The notes under the pieces are model-generated. The model had not been told where the DNA came from. It made no database searches and saw only the letters and a list, made by a program, of their open reading frames with translations. A program made the position numbers and the translations under genes. Shown here piece by piece: positions 10,995 to 21,972 of a stretch of 64,000 bases of DNA; positions within the stretch are counted from its first letter, which is position 1, and every line of letters begins with the position of its first letter. Origin of the DNA: an uncultured Alphaproteobacteria bacterium (lineage in GTDB: Bacteria > Pseudomonadota > Alphaproteobacteria > Rhizobiales > Xanthobacteraceae); contig CAWEEF010000001.1 of NCBI GenBank assembly GCA_963808035.1, forward strand, positions 948,022 through 1,012,021. Direction: 5' to 3'.

Positions 10995-11936
10995 ATGCTG
11001 AACTTCCTCGCCAGGCGCCTCGCCCAGCTCGTTCCGACGCTGTTCTTCGTGTCGATCCTGATCTTTTCGCTGCAGCATTTGCTGCCCGGAGATCCGGCGC
11101 TGGTGATGGCGGGCGAGGAACGCGACCCCAATGTCATCGCGCAAATCCGCCAGCAATACCGGCTCGATCGGCCGATTCCGGTGCAATATGTCTACTGGGT
11201 GAAGGGCGTGCTGTCCGGCGATCTCGGCGAGTCGCTGCGTATCAAGGTGCCGGTGCGCGAACTGGTCGCGCAGAAGCTGCCGGTGACCCTGCAACTGGCA
11301 TCGATGGCGATCGTGATCGCGTTCCTGATCGGCATTCCCGCCGGCCTCGTCTCGGCGGTGAAGAAGGGCACGGCGTGGGATTACGGCGCCAACCTGTTCG
11401 CGCTGTGGGGCATCTCGACGCCGAACTTCTGGCTCGGGATCATGCTGATCTTTGTGTTCTCGATCGAACTCGGCTGGCTGCCGGCGTCGGGTTACGTGCC
11501 GCTGTCGGAAGACTGGCGCGCCAGCCTCGCCTCGACCATCATGCCGGCCTTCGTGCTGGGCAATGCGATTGCGGCGATCCTGATGCGGCATACCCGCGGC
11601 GCCATGCTGCAAGTGCTTGAAAGCGACTATGTGCGTACCGCCCGCGCCAAGGGTCTTTCGGAGCGCACGGTGATCTTCAAGCACGCCCTGCGCAACGCGC
11701 TGACGCCGGTCATTACCCTTGGTGCGCTCGAACTCGGCACGCTGCTGTCGGGCGCGGTGCTGACCGAGCAGATCTTCTCGATTCCCGGCTTCGGCAAGCT
11801 GATCGTCGATGCGGTGTTCAACCGCGACTATGCCGTCGTTCAAGGCGTGGTGCTGGTGACGGCGACGATCTACATCGCGCTGAACCTGATCGCCGATATC
11901 GCCTATATCCTGGTCAATCCGCGGCTGAGGGCATAG
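10995..11936 (+). CDS. ABC transporter permease (DppB-like)
   Basis: LPGDPA; DYVRTARAKGL; VNPRLR. Confidence 0.93.
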   Translation: MLNFLARRLAQLVPTLFFVSILIFSLQHLLPGDPALVMAGEERDPNVIAQIRQQYRLDRPIPVQYVYWVKGVLSGDLGESLRIKVPVRELVAQKLPVTLQLASMAIVIAFLIGIPAGLVSAVKKGTAWDYGANLFALWGISTPNFWLGIMLIFVFSIELGWLPASGYVPLSEDWRASLASTIMPAFVLGNAIAAILMRHTRGAMLQVLESDYVRTARAKGLSERTVIFKHALRNALTPVITLGALELGTLLSGAVLTEQIFSIPGFGKLIVDAVFNRDYAVVQGVVLVTATIYIALNLIADIAYILVNPRLRA

Positions 11937-11939
11937 CGC

Positions 11940-12827
11940 ATGACCGACACCGCGCTCGGCACGTTGTCCGTTGCCGTTCCCGACCGACTGGAGAGCCCGG
12001 CGCGCCGCGCGCTGCGCCGGCTGGTCCGGCGCAGGGGCGCGGTGGTCGGGATCGCCGTGATCGCAACCTTCATCCTGCTCGCGCTGTTCGCGCCGCTGAT
12101 CGCGCCCTTTGACCCGATCGCGACCAGTTGGACGCTGGTGCGCAAGCCGCCCTCGGCGCTGCACTGGTTCGGCACCGACGAGCTCGGCCGCGATGTGCTC
12201 AGCCGCGTGATCTACGGCACGCGCGCTTCGCTGCTGGCCGGCGCGATCTCGGTCGGAATCGCCCTTTGCGTCGGCGTGCCGTTCGGCCTGCTGTCGGGCT
12301 ATCGCGGCGGGTTCATCGACGCCCTGATCAGCCGGATCACCGACGCCATGCTGGCCTGTCCGTTCCTGATCCTCGCCATCGCGCTGGCGGCGTTCCTCGG
12401 TCCCAGCCTCGGCAACGCCATGATCGCGATCGGCATCACCACAACCCCGATCTTCATCCGGCTGACCCGCGGCCAGACCATGAACGTCAAGGTGGAGGAC
12501 TACGTCGAGGCCGCACGCGCCATGGGCAACCCGCGCTGGCGAATCGCGCTGTTCCATATCCTGCCGAACATCATGCCGGCCCTGCTGGTCCAGGCCACGC
12601 TGTCGATCGCGGCGGCGATCATCGCCGAAGCGGCGCTGTCGTTCCTCGGGCTCGGCCAGCAGCCGCCGACGCCGTCCTGGGGCAGCATGCTGAACTCAGC
12701 GCAGCGCTTCCTGACCACCGCGCCGTGGATGGCGCTGTGGCCGGGACTCGGCATCTTTCTGGTGGTGCTGTCGTTCAACCTGGTCGGCGACGGCCTGCGC
12801 GACGCGCTCGATCCGCGCGAACGGTAG
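11940..12827 (+). CDS. ABC transporter permease (DppC-like)
   Basis: FGTDELGRDVLSR; DYVEAARAMG; GDGLRDALDPR. Confidence 0.93.
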   Translation: MTDTALGTLSVAVPDRLESPARRALRRLVRRRGAVVGIAVIATFILLALFAPLIAPFDPIATSWTLVRKPPSALHWFGTDELGRDVLSRVIYGTRASLLAGAISVGIALCVGVPFGLLSGYRGGFIDALISRITDAMLACPFLILAIALAAFLGPSLGNAMIAIGITTTPIFIRLTRGQTMNVKVEDYVEAARAMGNPRWRIALFHILPNIMPALLVQATLSIAAAIIAEAALSFLGLGQQPPTPSWGSMLNSAQRFLTTAPWMALWPGLGIFLVVLSFNLVGDGLRDALDPRER

Positions 12828-12847
12828 GGAGTTTCGACGCTGAGACT

Positions 12848-12969
12848 GCGTAGGGTGGGCAAAGACCAACGGGTCGCGCGAATGCGCGCCCGATGACAGG
12901 CTCCGCGTGCCCACCAACCGATCGTGAGACGGTGGGCACGGCGCAAGCGCGCCTTTGCGCCCCCTACGC
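12848..12969. repeat. REP/REPIN-like palindromic element (CGTAGGGTGGGCAAAG...CCTACG family) with internal extra hairpin
   Basis: Terminal inverted arms gcgtagg...cctacgc, inner gtgcccacc/ggtgggcac pair. Confidence 0.75.
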
Positions 12970-12983
12970 ACTCGAAATGAACA

Positions 12984-13070
12984 CCGTCATTGCGAGCGCA
13001 AGCGAAGCAATCCATCGTGAGGGACGAAAAGCGTGGATTGCTTCGTCGCTTGCGCTCCTCGCAATGACGG
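12984..13070. repeat. REP-like palindromic element (GTCATTGCGAG...CTCGCAATGAC family)
   Basis: Inverted termini plus internal gaagcaatcca/tggattgcttc; near-identical copy at 54941-55023. Confidence 0.85.
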
Positions 13071-13087
13071 CTGAGAGTGGGTAATCG

Positions 13088-13831
13088 TCAGATCACCATT
13101 TCCCGCCTCACGCGGCGGCAGTCCATCTCGTATTCGAGGTCGATCACCGGCGGACGGGCGAAATGCCAGGTCAGGCCGGAACGCGCCGCGCCGCGGCGGA
13201 CGATTTCATCGGCCGCAACGGCGTGGAAGTCATGCACGGTGTAGGCCTGCACCGCCGTGGTGTCGTTCCATCCGAAGCCGAACTCGCCGAGGCGGGTTTG
13301 CATTTCGCCGACGGTGAAGCGAACCTTTTCCAGCAGTCCCTGCGGGCTGAGGTCGCGATAGCGCACGATCCGCTCGGGATAGCTGCCACCGCCGCCACGA
13401 GCTTCGGCGCCACCTGCGATAACGAATGACGGCGTGGCAATGTTGCCCGGCCGCGTGAAGGAGAACGCATGGAATGACGGCTCGGCCGGCGGATCGATCT
13501 CCGGGCAGACGTTGCTGCGCGCCACCGGATTGCTGGTGCCGTCGAACAGCCCCCATTGCGCCAGCGTCTTGACGTAGTGCTCGTTGAATATTCGAAAGCC
13601 GTCCTCGGTAAAGGCCGCCGGCGAGCGCAATTCGCAGGCGCAAAACGAAGTCAGCGGCCGCCCCGCCGCCTCGATATAGTTCGCGGCGCACGCAAAGCCT
13701 TCGGCCAGCGGCAGCAGCCGGTCGAAGCGCACCCGTTCGATCTCAAAACCCGGATCGGCCGCCGCCCCGCTCGAATATTGAAACACCGCCGGAATAAACC
13801 GGTAATTGCCGGCCGGAAAATCCCGCCTCAT
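13088..13831 (-). CDS. CnbZ-like 2-amino-5-chloromuconate deaminase family protein
   Basis: FQYSSG, FCACELRSP, NPVARSNVCP, SFHAFS and final EYEMDCRRV match the CnbZ family as I recall it; start reassigned to MRRDFP. Confidence 0.7.
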   Translation of the reverse strand: MRRDFPAGNYRFIPAVFQYSSGAAADPGFEIERVRFDRLLPLAEGFACAANYIEAAGRPLTSFCACELRSPAAFTEDGFRIFNEHYVKTLAQWGLFDGTSNPVARSNVCPEIDPPAEPSFHAFSFTRPGNIATPSFVIAGGAEARGGGGSYPERIVRYRDLSPQGLLEKVRFTVGEMQTRLGEFGFGWNDTTAVQAYTVHDFHAVAADEIVRRGAARSGLTWHFARPPVIDLEYEMDCRRVRREMVI

Positions 13832-13841
13832 GCCTGACCTC

Positions 13842-15092
13842 TTATTCCAGTTGCATGCGGACGCCCTTGGCGCCGTTGAGCAGCCGCTTGAGATGGAAAC
13901 CGGCCAGCGGATCGTCGGCATGCAGCCCGACCAGCGCGGCAAAGGCCGGCATCGCCGCGGTATCCCCGGCCTCCAGCTTGGCGAAGGCTTCGGCATATTG
14001 CGCCGCCGCCGGCGCCGCGAATGCCGCTGCCGGCAGCGGCTCGTAGGCGCGCAGCGGCTCGCTGCGCCCGCGCAGCATCAGATCGCCGACCGGCCGTCCC
14101 CGGAAGTTGCGGTCCGCCTCGGCCACCGCGGCGCTGACGCAGATGCGGGTACCGAGATGCTTGTTGGCTGCCTCCAGCCGTGCCGCGATATTGATGGTGT
14201 CGCCGTAGGCCGTGTAATCGAAGAAACGACTGCCGCCGAAATTGCCGACCAGCGCCGGGCCGGCGTGGACACCGATGCGGGTGGCTCCGAAATTCACACC
14301 CCTGGACTTCCAGCGCTGGCGAAAGCCTTCGGCCCAGGTGTCGAGATCGTGCGCGCAGGCGATGGCGCGTGCCGCATAATCGGGCTGGTCTCCCGGCGCG
14401 TTGAACAGGATCTGGATGGCATCGCCGATGATCTTTGCAACCGTGCCCTCCTGCGCGAACACCACGTCGGTCATGCCGCCCACATACTCGTTGAGCAGCG
14501 CCCCAAGAATTTCCGGCGGTGCGGTTTCGACCAGCGAGGTGAAGCCGGTGATGTCGGTGAAGATGGTCGCAACCTCGCGCCAATGCACGGTCATGCCGTC
14601 GGCTTCGCCGGCGCAAACCAGCCGGCTGGCGATCTGCGGCGAGAAATACCGCGACAGCGATGCGTGGGCGCGCTCGGCCTCGGCCTGGCGGCGGCGCGTC
14701 TCGCGCATCATCTCGACATGGCGGATGGTCTTTTCGATGGTCAGTTCGAGATCGCCGAAATCGATCGGCTTGGTCAGAAAATCGAAGGCGCCGCGGTTCA
14801 TCGCGGTGCGGATGTTGCTCATGTCGCCATAGGCGGAAACGATGATGGTCGATTTCTTGTCCTCGGCCTCCTGCAGCTTCTGCAGCAAGGACAAGCCGTC
14901 CATCCGCGGCATGTTGATATCGGAGACCACCATGTCGACATGCGGGTGCTGCTCGATCGACTGCAGCGCCTCGAGACCGTCATGGGCGAACATGAAGGTG
15001 ACCGCGCCGTCGCGGATCTGCCTGCGGAATTTCTGCAGCACCAGCGCCTCGAGATCGGGCTCGTCGTCGACGACGAGGATGGTGGCGGTCAT
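13842..15092 (-). CDS. Response-regulator receiver fused to class III adenylate/guanylate cyclase
   Basis: VVDDE...SDINMP...FLTKP receiver; FTDITGFT, VAKIIGDA (Lys suggests ATP), YGDTINIAARLE. Confidence 0.9.
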   Translation of the reverse strand: MTATILVVDDEPDLEALVLQKFRRQIRDGAVTFMFAHDGLEALQSIEQHPHVDMVVSDINMPRMDGLSLLQKLQEAEDKKSTIIVSAYGDMSNIRTAMNRGAFDFLTKPIDFGDLELTIEKTIRHVEMMRETRRRQAEAERAHASLSRYFSPQIASRLVCAGEADGMTVHWREVATIFTDITGFTSLVETAPPEILGALLNEYVGGMTDVVFAQEGTVAKIIGDAIQILFNAPGDQPDYAARAIACAHDLDTWAEGFRQRWKSRGVNFGATRIGVHAGPALVGNFGGSRFFDYTAYGDTINIAARLEAANKHLGTRICVSAAVAEADRNFRGRPVGDLMLRGRSEPLRAYEPLPAAAFAAPAAAQYAEAFAKLEAGDTAAMPAFAALVGLHADDPLAGFHLKRLLNGAKGVRMQLE

Positions 15093-15478
15093 GCGGCCTG
15101 CTCGAGCCGGCTGTCGATTTCATGGCGCAGCAGCGCAAAATCGATCGGCTTGGTCAAAAGTCCGATAGCGCCACGTTCGATCGCCTTGCGCCGTGTCTCG
15201 GCATCGCCATAGGCCGTGATCATGATGACGGGAACGTCGGGCCGCTCCGCGCGCACCCTGGGCAGCATTTCGAGCCCGCTCATGCCGGGCATGTTGACGT
15301 CCGACAGGATCAGGACCAGCGTGGGATCGGCGACATCAGCGGCACGGGCCAGGGCCGACGCCGCTGACGGCGCGAATTCCATCATGAAGCGCCCGGAGCG
15401 GAGATCGCGGCGGAATTGCTGACGGAACAAGGCCTCAACGTCGGGCTCGTCGTCGACAACGAGGATGTAAACGCTCAA
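15089..15478 (-). CDS. Single-domain response regulator
   Basis: [27 protein letters not shown]; TTG start overlapping kinase stop. Confidence 0.9.
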   Translation of the reverse strand: MSVYILVVDDEPDVEALFRQQFRRDLRSGRFMMEFAPSAASALARAADVADPTLVLILSDVNMPGMSGLEMLPRVRAERPDVPVIMITAYGDAETRRKAIERGAIGLLTKPIDFALLRHEIDSRLEQAA

Positions 15479-18400
15479 TTTTTGCCTCCGGCCCCTGACT
15501 GTGCCGCCGCCATTCGCGGCAGCGTGATAATGAATTCGGTAAATGCACCCGGTTCGGTGACGACGTCGATCTTGCCACCGTGTTGTTTCACCACGATGTC
15601 GTGGCTCATCGACAGCCCGAGCCCGGTGCCCTCGCCTGCCGGCTTGGTGGTGAAAAAGGGATTGAACATCTTCTCCTTGACGTCGAGCGGAATACCGGTG
15701 CCGTTGTCGCGGATGCGGATTTCGACGGCGTTGCCGAGGTTTTTGGTACTTGCGGCGAGCATCGGCTCGAATCCCGCCTCGCCGGCTTCCTTGCGCTTGG
15801 TGGCGGCATAGAAGCCGTTTGAAATCAGGTTGAGGAAAACCCGCGTGATCTCCTGGGGGTAGAGATCGATCATGCCGGCCTTCGGATCGAGGTCGTGCCG
15901 CAGCGTGATATTGAAGCCGGATTTCTCCGCGCGTGCACCATGATAAGCGAGGTTGACGCTCTCCTCGACGATCGCATTGATATCGGCGGGCCGGTGTTCG
16001 CCCGATCCCTCGCGCGAGTGCAGCAGCATGTTCTTGACGATCGAGTCGGCGCGCTTGCCGTGTTGCACCACCTTTTCCAGATTACCTTTCAGCATCAGGG
16101 TAAGTTCGTCGATCTCTTCCCGCGTCTTGTCGTCGAGCGCCGCCGGCCTCAGCACATCGTTGAGTTCCTCGATCAGCTCCGTCGACAGCGCCGCAAAATT
16201 GTTGACGAAATTGAGCGGATTCTTGATCTCATGGGCGATGCCGGCGGTGAGCTGGCCGAGCGAGGCGAGTTTCTCGGTCTGCACCAGGCGATCCTGCGCG
16301 GTGCGCAGATCGTCGAGCGACAGCGATAGTTCCCTGGTTCGCTCCTGAACCTCGTCGAACAACCGCACGTTCTCGATGGCGATGACGGCCTGGTCGGCGA
16401 AGGTTGTGACCAGCTCGATTTGCTTCTTGCTGAAGGGCCGCACGGTTCGGCGCGCCAGCACAAGGGCGCCGACCGGATTGCCTTCGCGCAGAAGCGGCAC
16501 CCCGAGAAATGTACGGGGGTTACCGCTCAGTTCCTGGCCTTTCGAAAATGCGTAGTCGGCATCGGCATGCACATCCGCGACGTGGATCAATTTGCCCTCA
16601 AGCAAGGTTCGTCCCGTGATGGTCGCGCGCTCCGGCCGGACCGGAATGTCCTTTACGTAATTCATGAACTGGGGGGTAAAGCCATATGAACCGGCGCGGT
16701 AATAGACCTCGCCTTTTTGGCGTGTAATGGCGGCCATATCCGCCTCGCACAGCCGCGCCGCCAACTCCACCAGCGTATCGAGCACGGCTTGCAGATCGAA
16801 CGCCGAGCGGCTGATTACCTTGAGAACGTCGGCCGTCGTGGTCTGCTGTTGCAGGGATTCGCTCAGGTCGTCCGTGCGCTCCCGCAATTCCTTCAGCAGC
16901 CGTGTATTTTCAATGGCGATGACCGATTGGTTAGCGAAATTGCTCACCAGCGCGATCTGCTTGTCCGTGAACGGCTTGACTTCCTGGCGATAGATCGAGA
17001 TGACGCCAATTGGTTCATTCTCCCTAAGCATTGGCACCATGACAATCGTCCGAGCCCCGGCGAGATCGGACAGTGCGACAACCATAGGGTCGCCCTGCAG
17101 GTATGGCTCCTGCGTCCGAAGATCGTCGACGTGCGTCACCTGCTTTGTCCTGGCAATCGTACTGAGGCCACTTTCCGGATGTGGACGCCACACCTGGGTC
17201 TTCTGCAGGGCGGCAAACGCGGGCGGAACGTTGTAGAGCGCGGCCCGTCGAACGAGATCTCCCTCGTAAAGAACCATGGTGCCGAATTTCGCCCCGCAAA
17301 CTCGGGTGGCGTTCTCCAGCATTTTCTGGAAGACCGGCTCCAGCTCGCCGGCCGAGGAGCTGATTATTTCAAGAACCTCTGAGGTCGCCGTCTGCTGCTC
17401 GAGCGATTCGATCAATTCGGCCGTTCGCGATGCGACCTTCTTTTCCAGATCGGCATAGGATTCCTGCAGCCGCGCGCCCATGTCGTTGAACTGGTTGGCG
17501 AGGCCTTCGAGTTCGTCGCCGGTCCCGATCGAAATGCGCTGGCTGAAATTGCCGCCGCCGATTCGCTCCGCGCCGACACGCAAGGCCTGGATCGGCCCGA
17601 CCATGCGCCGGGCGAGGAAGATCCCGGCGAGCACCGCGAAGGCCGACGCAGCGAGCAGCACGATCGCAAGGCGCTGCAGCGCCTGATACAGCGATGCGTA
17701 GGCTTCCTGAACCGGCAGCTCGACGAACATGGTCCAGTTCAGCGGCGGGATCGGCGCCGATGCCGTAAGGACTTCCTGACCCTGGATGTTCTTCGTCCCC
17801 TGCAGCTCCTCGGCCTCGGCGGCGGCGCCCCCGGCCTGCGCCGCCTGCACCTGCAAAAGCTTCGACATATCGGTGTTGCGCAGCACCAGGCTGATATCCG
17901 GATGGGCGATCAGACGGCCCTGGCTACCTACCACATAGGCATGACCGCCCTCGCCGACCTTGATTTGCGACACCACGTCCCAGATCAGCTTCAGATTGAC
18001 CTCGGCGATACTGACGCCGGCGTCCTTGCGGGTGCCGGCCAGCGACAGCGTCATGTAGGGTTCGGATTCGCGGCGGAAATAAACCGGCCCGTAATAGACC
18101 TTGTGGGCGACCGCTTCGGTGAATTTCGGATCCTTGGAAAGGTCGATGCCGCTGTCGATCACGTCCATGGCGAGCCGCGACACCCGAAGCCGCTCCTTGC
18201 CGGTGGAATCGACCTGGGCCAGTTCGGTGATCGCCGGCACCTGCCGCAGCAGCCTCAACGCGTCGAAGCGGCGGTCCTGGATCGAGCCGGCCGACCAGGG
18301 CAATTGGGTGGTCCAGCCAAGCTGGCTTTCGATTTCCTTGATGAACTGGGTGATCTTGGCGGCCGCCGCGACCGCCTGTTCGTGCTGGATGCGGATCAGG

Positions 18401-18618
18401 GCCGCCTTGTGTTCGCGATAATAGAAGAAAACCTCAAATATCCCGTTTGACAGCAGCGCAACGCCGACCACTGCAACAAACAATGCAACATATTTGGTGA
18501 ACAGCCGGGTGCGGATTCCGGTCGAGGCCGGTCCCGCCGCAGCAGCCGCGTCCGTCACCGGCTGCAGCGTTCTTCCCTGCGTTGTGTCGGAATGAAGGGA
18601 AATCGTCATCCGGCCCAA
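15475..18618 (-). CDS. Sensor histidine kinase: TM-Cache-TM-HAMP-GAF-GAF-HisKA-HATPase
   Basis: H-box [13 protein letters not shown]-box NLISNG, DNGTGI, FFTTKP..GTGLGL; two GAF repeats ending FA.Q.VIAIEN.RL; [18 protein letters not shown]. Start may be ATG at 18609. Confidence 0.9.
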   Translation of the reverse strand: MGRMTISLHSDTTQGRTLQPVTDAAAAAGPASTGIRTRLFTKYVALFVAVVGVALLSNGIFEVFFYYREHKAALIRIQHEQAVAAAAKITQFIKEIESQLGWTTQLPWSAGSIQDRRFDALRLLRQVPAITELAQVDSTGKERLRVSRLAMDVIDSGIDLSKDPKFTEAVAHKVYYGPVYFRRESEPYMTLSLAGTRKDAGVSIAEVNLKLIWDVVSQIKVGEGGHAYVVGSQGRLIAHPDISLVLRNTDMSKLLQVQAAQAGGAAAEAEELQGTKNIQGQEVLTASAPIPPLNWTMFVELPVQEAYASLYQALQRLAIVLLAASAFAVLAGIFLARRMVGPIQALRVGAERIGGGNFSQRISIGTGDELEGLANQFNDMGARLQESYADLEKKVASRTAELIESLEQQTATSEVLEIISSSAGELEPVFQKMLENATRVCGAKFGTMVLYEGDLVRRAALYNVPPAFAALQKTQVWRPHPESGLSTIARTKQVTHVDDLRTQEPYLQGDPMVVALSDLAGARTIVMVPMLRENEPIGVISIYRQEVKPFTDKQIALVSNFANQSVIAIENTRLLKELRERTDDLSESLQQQTTTADVLKVISRSAFDLQAVLDTLVELAARLCEADMAAITRQKGEVYYRAGSYGFTPQFMNYVKDIPVRPERATITGRTLLEGKLIHVADVHADADYAFSKGQELSGNPRTFLGVPLLREGNPVGALVLARRTVRPFSKKQIELVTTFADQAVIAIENVRLFDEVQERTRELSLSLDDLRTAQDRLVQTEKLASLGQLTAGIAHEIKNPLNFVNNFAALSTELIEELNDVLRPAALDDKTREEIDELTLMLKGNLEKVVQHGKRADSIVKNMLLHSREGSGEHRPADINAIVEESVNLAYHGARAEKSGFNITLRHDLDPKAGMIDLYPQEITRVFLNLISNGFYAATKRKEAGEAGFEPMLAASTKNLGNAVEIRIRDNGTGIPLDVKEKMFNPFFTTKPAGEGTGLGLSMSHDIVVKQHGGKIDVVTEPGAFTEFIITLPRMAAAQSGAGGKN

Positions 18619-18664
18619 TTTAGCAAGAACACGCGACGTTGTCTCTTGCCGCAGTGCGGGAGGA

Positions 18665-18808
18665 TTATTCGATTACCTCGTCCGCCAAGGCGAGCAGGGT
18701 CGGCGGCATGTCAAGGCCGATGCGTTTGGCGGTTTTCAGGTTGATCACGAACAGGTAGCGCGTCGGCCGCTCGAACGGCAGGTCGCCCGGTTTGGCGCCG
18801 TTTTCGAG
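18665..18808 (-). pseudogene. 3' remnant (~48 codons) of an ABC_sub_bind-type (PF04392-like) substrate-binding protein gene
   Basis: Reverse strand reads [47 protein letters not shown], the characteristic C-terminus of this family; no start or N-terminal ~270 aa present. Confidence 0.8.
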
Positions 18809-18858
18809 GTGATAAGCTTTGCCTTGCCGGCAAGGTGCGCGGCCGGATCCGACAAGGC

Positions 18859-21800
18859 TCAGGTCGGCTTCAGCGCCTTCGAACCCAGATCGAAATCCGC
18901 GATCTCTCTGGCGCGTTCGGATTCGGCGCCCGCCCTGTGATCGGTGGCGATCGCCACGTAGACCGCCGGCAGTACGAACAGCGTGAACAGCGTGCCGATC
19001 GACATGCCAGCGACGACGACCAGACCGATCGAGAACCGGCTCGCCGCGCCCGCCCCCGATGCCGTCAGCAACGGAATGAGACCGGTTACCATCGCGGCGG
19101 TCGTCATCAGGATCGGCCGAAGCCGGACCCGCGCCGCCATCTCGATCGCCGAGCGGCGGTCGAGCCCCTCATTGAGCTGCAGCTCATTGGCGAATTCGAC
19201 CATCAGGATGCCGTGCTTGCTGATCAGGCCGACCAGCGTCAGCAGACCGACCTGGGTGTAGATGTTCATCGTGGCCGCGCCGAAGAACAGCGGAAGCAGC
19301 GCGCCGACGATCGCCATCGGAACGCTGATCATGATGACGAGCGGATCGCGCAGGCTCTCGAATTGCGCTGCCAGCACCAGGAAGATGATGATGAGCGCAA
19401 AGCCGAAGGTCACCGCAAGCTGGTTGCCTTCCTGGACATATTGCCGGGAGTCCGCGAGATAGTCGTGATCGAATCCGGCCGGCAGCTTCTTGGCCTCACC
19501 CTCGAGGAAATCCACCGCCTGACCGACGGTCACGCCGGGCATCGGCACGGCCTGGAAGGTGGCTGAATTCAGTTGGTTGTAATGCGTAAGCGCATTGGGA
19601 TCGGTCGCGGTTTCGATCGATACCAGCGTCGATAGCGGCACCTGCTGGCCGGTTGCCGTCGGCACGTAATATCCGCCAAGCAACTCCGGCGACAGCCGCT
19701 TGTCGCGCGGCACCTGCGGGATGACCTGATAGGATCGTCCCTCGAGGTTGAACCGGTTCACGTAGTTTCCGCCGAGCAGCGTCGCCAGCGTATTGCCGAT
19801 GTTCTGCATGGTGATGCCGAGGTCGCTCGCCTTGCTGCGGTCGATCTTGACCCGCACCACCGGCTGATTGAAGTCGAGATCGCTGTCGGAGACGATGAAC
19901 AGCCCGCTCTTGCGCGCCGCCTCCTTCAGCTTCAGCATCTGCTCATAGACCGACTGGAAGCCATTGGTCGAGCTGATCACCATCTGCACCGGCAAGCCGC
20001 CGGGGCCGCCCGGCAATGGCGGCAGGTTGAAGGCGAACGCGTTGACGCCTTCGATCTTGCTGAGCTGGGCCTGGACCAGCGGCTTCAGCGCGATCGACGA
20101 ACGCTTGCGCTCGTCCCACGGCTTGAGCAGCATGCCGGCGATGCCGTTTTGCGGGCCGTTGATGCCGTTGATGACAAAGCGCAGATCGGTTTCCGGGAAG
20201 CTGGCAAAGGCCTTGTCGAGCTTCTCGCCGTAATAGTCCGAATAGTCGATGTTGGCGTATTTCGGCGCCTTGGTGACCGCAAACACGATGCCCTGGTCTT
20301 CCTCCGGCGCGAGTTCCTTCGACGTATGCAAATAAAGGAACCCGACCAGCCCGAGGATGGTCAGCGCGAACATCGCCGTGATCGGGCGATAGTCGAGCGA
20401 GCGGTCGAGCTGTCGGCCATACCAGCGCGTCACCGATCCGAATACCTTGTTGACGATCCTGGCAAACCGGCCTTCCTCGGCAGTTTTCAGGAATATCGAG
20501 CACATCATCGGCGACAGCGTCAGCGCGATCACGCCGGAGACGATCACCGCACCGGCCAGCGTGAAGGCGAACTCGCGAAACAGCGCGCCGGTGAGGCCGC
20601 CGAGAAAGCCGATCGGCGCGTACACCGCCGCCAGCGTGATGGTCATGGAGATGACCGGGCCGACGATCTCGCGCGCGCCCTGCATGGCGGCCTGGACCGG
20701 AGGTTTGCCTTCCTCCAGATGGCGGTGGATGTTTTCCACCACCACGATGGCGTCGTCGACGACGAGCCCGATCGCCAGCACCATCGCCAGCAAGGTCAAG
20801 AGGTTGATGCTGAATCCCATGGCCAGCATCAGGCTGCAGACGCCGATCAGCGACAGCGGAATGGTGACCACCGGAATGATCACCGAGCGGAACGAGGCGA
20901 GGAACAGGAAGATCACCACGACGACGATCAGGATCGCCTCGCCGAGCGTTTTCTCCACCTCGTTGATCGAGGACTGAATGAATTTGGTCGAATCGTAGGC
21001 GACCTTCATCTTCATCGAGGGTGGCAGATTGCGCTCCAGTTCCGGAAACAGCGCGCGCACGCCCCTGACCAGCGTCAGCGGGTTGCCCTGCGGGGTCGCC
21101 TGCACGCCGATGAAGATCGCGTGCTCGCCGTTGAAGGCGACGCTGGCATCGGTACTCTGCGCCGCAAGTTCGACGGTGGCGATGTCCTCCATCCGCACAA
21201 ACCCGCCGTCCTTGGCTTTGACGATCATGCGCTTGAACTGGTCGAGATTGGTCAGGTCGGTATTGGTCGACACGTTGGAGACGATGAAATAGCCCTTGGA
21301 CTGGCCCGCGGCGGCCTGAAAGTTGTTGGCGGCGATCGCGGCGGATACATCGGCCGGCGAGACATTGCGCCCCGCCATGCGGACCGGATCGAGCCAGAGT
21401 CGCATCGCAAAGGTCTGGCCGCCCAGAATGTCGGCGGAAGCGACGCCGTCGACGGTTGAAAGCACCGGCTGCACCACGCGCGTCAGATAGTCGGAAATCG
21501 CCGATCCCGACAGCACCTCGCTGGAGAAGCCGAGATACATCACGGCCGTGGTCTGGCCGGTGGTCTTGGTCACGACCGGGTCGTTCGATTCCTTCGGGAT
21601 CAGATACTTGACCGAATTCACCTTGGCGAGAACCTCGGTCAGCGCCTGGTTCGGATCGAAATTCAGCTTGATGTAGACCTGGATGGTGCTGGTTCCGAGC
21701 ACCGAGGACGAAGTCATATAGTCGACGCCTTCGGCCGACGCGACGGCCTGCTCGATCGGCGTCGTGATGAAGCCCTGGATCAGCTCGGCCGACGCACCGG

Positions 21801-21954
21801 GATAGACGGTGGTGACGTTGACGACCGTATTCGACAGTTTCGGGTACTGCCGGATCGGCAGGCTGGTCGCGGCCTTGAATCCGATCAGAAGGATCAGCAG
21901 GCTCACGACCACCGAGAGCACCGGTCGCTTGATGAAAATATCAGTCCAGATCAT
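18859..21954 (-). CDS. RND efflux transporter permease (MexI/MexW-like, HAE1)
   Basis: [48 protein letters not shown]; start set at MIWTD. Confidence 0.93.
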   Translation of the reverse strand: MIWTDIFIKRPVLSVVVSLLILLIGFKAATSLPIRQYPKLSNTVVNVTTVYPGASAELIQGFITTPIEQAVASAEGVDYMTSSSVLGTSTIQVYIKLNFDPNQALTEVLAKVNSVKYLIPKESNDPVVTKTTGQTTAVMYLGFSSEVLSGSAISDYLTRVVQPVLSTVDGVASADILGGQTFAMRLWLDPVRMAGRNVSPADVSAAIAANNFQAAAGQSKGYFIVSNVSTNTDLTNLDQFKRMIVKAKDGGFVRMEDIATVELAAQSTDASVAFNGEHAIFIGVQATPQGNPLTLVRGVRALFPELERNLPPSMKMKVAYDSTKFIQSSINEVEKTLGEAILIVVVVIFLFLASFRSVIIPVVTIPLSLIGVCSLMLAMGFSINLLTLLAMVLAIGLVVDDAIVVVENIHRHLEEGKPPVQAAMQGAREIVGPVISMTITLAAVYAPIGFLGGLTGALFREFAFTLAGAVIVSGVIALTLSPMMCSIFLKTAEEGRFARIVNKVFGSVTRWYGRQLDRSLDYRPITAMFALTILGLVGFLYLHTSKELAPEEDQGIVFAVTKAPKYANIDYSDYYGEKLDKAFASFPETDLRFVINGINGPQNGIAGMLLKPWDERKRSSIALKPLVQAQLSKIEGVNAFAFNLPPLPGGPGGLPVQMVISSTNGFQSVYEQMLKLKEAARKSGLFIVSDSDLDFNQPVVRVKIDRSKASDLGITMQNIGNTLATLLGGNYVNRFNLEGRSYQVIPQVPRDKRLSPELLGGYYVPTATGQQVPLSTLVSIETATDPNALTHYNQLNSATFQAVPMPGVTVGQAVDFLEGEAKKLPAGFDHDYLADSRQYVQEGNQLAVTFGFALIIIFLVLAAQFESLRDPLVIMISVPMAIVGALLPLFFGAATMNIYTQVGLLTLVGLISKHGILMVEFANELQLNEGLDRRSAIEMAARVRLRPILMTTAAMVTGLIPLLTASGAGAASRFSIGLVVVAGMSIGTLFTLFVLPAVYVAIATDHRAGAESERAREIADFDLGSKALKPT

Positions 21955-21972
21955 CGCGATACGCTCCAAACC

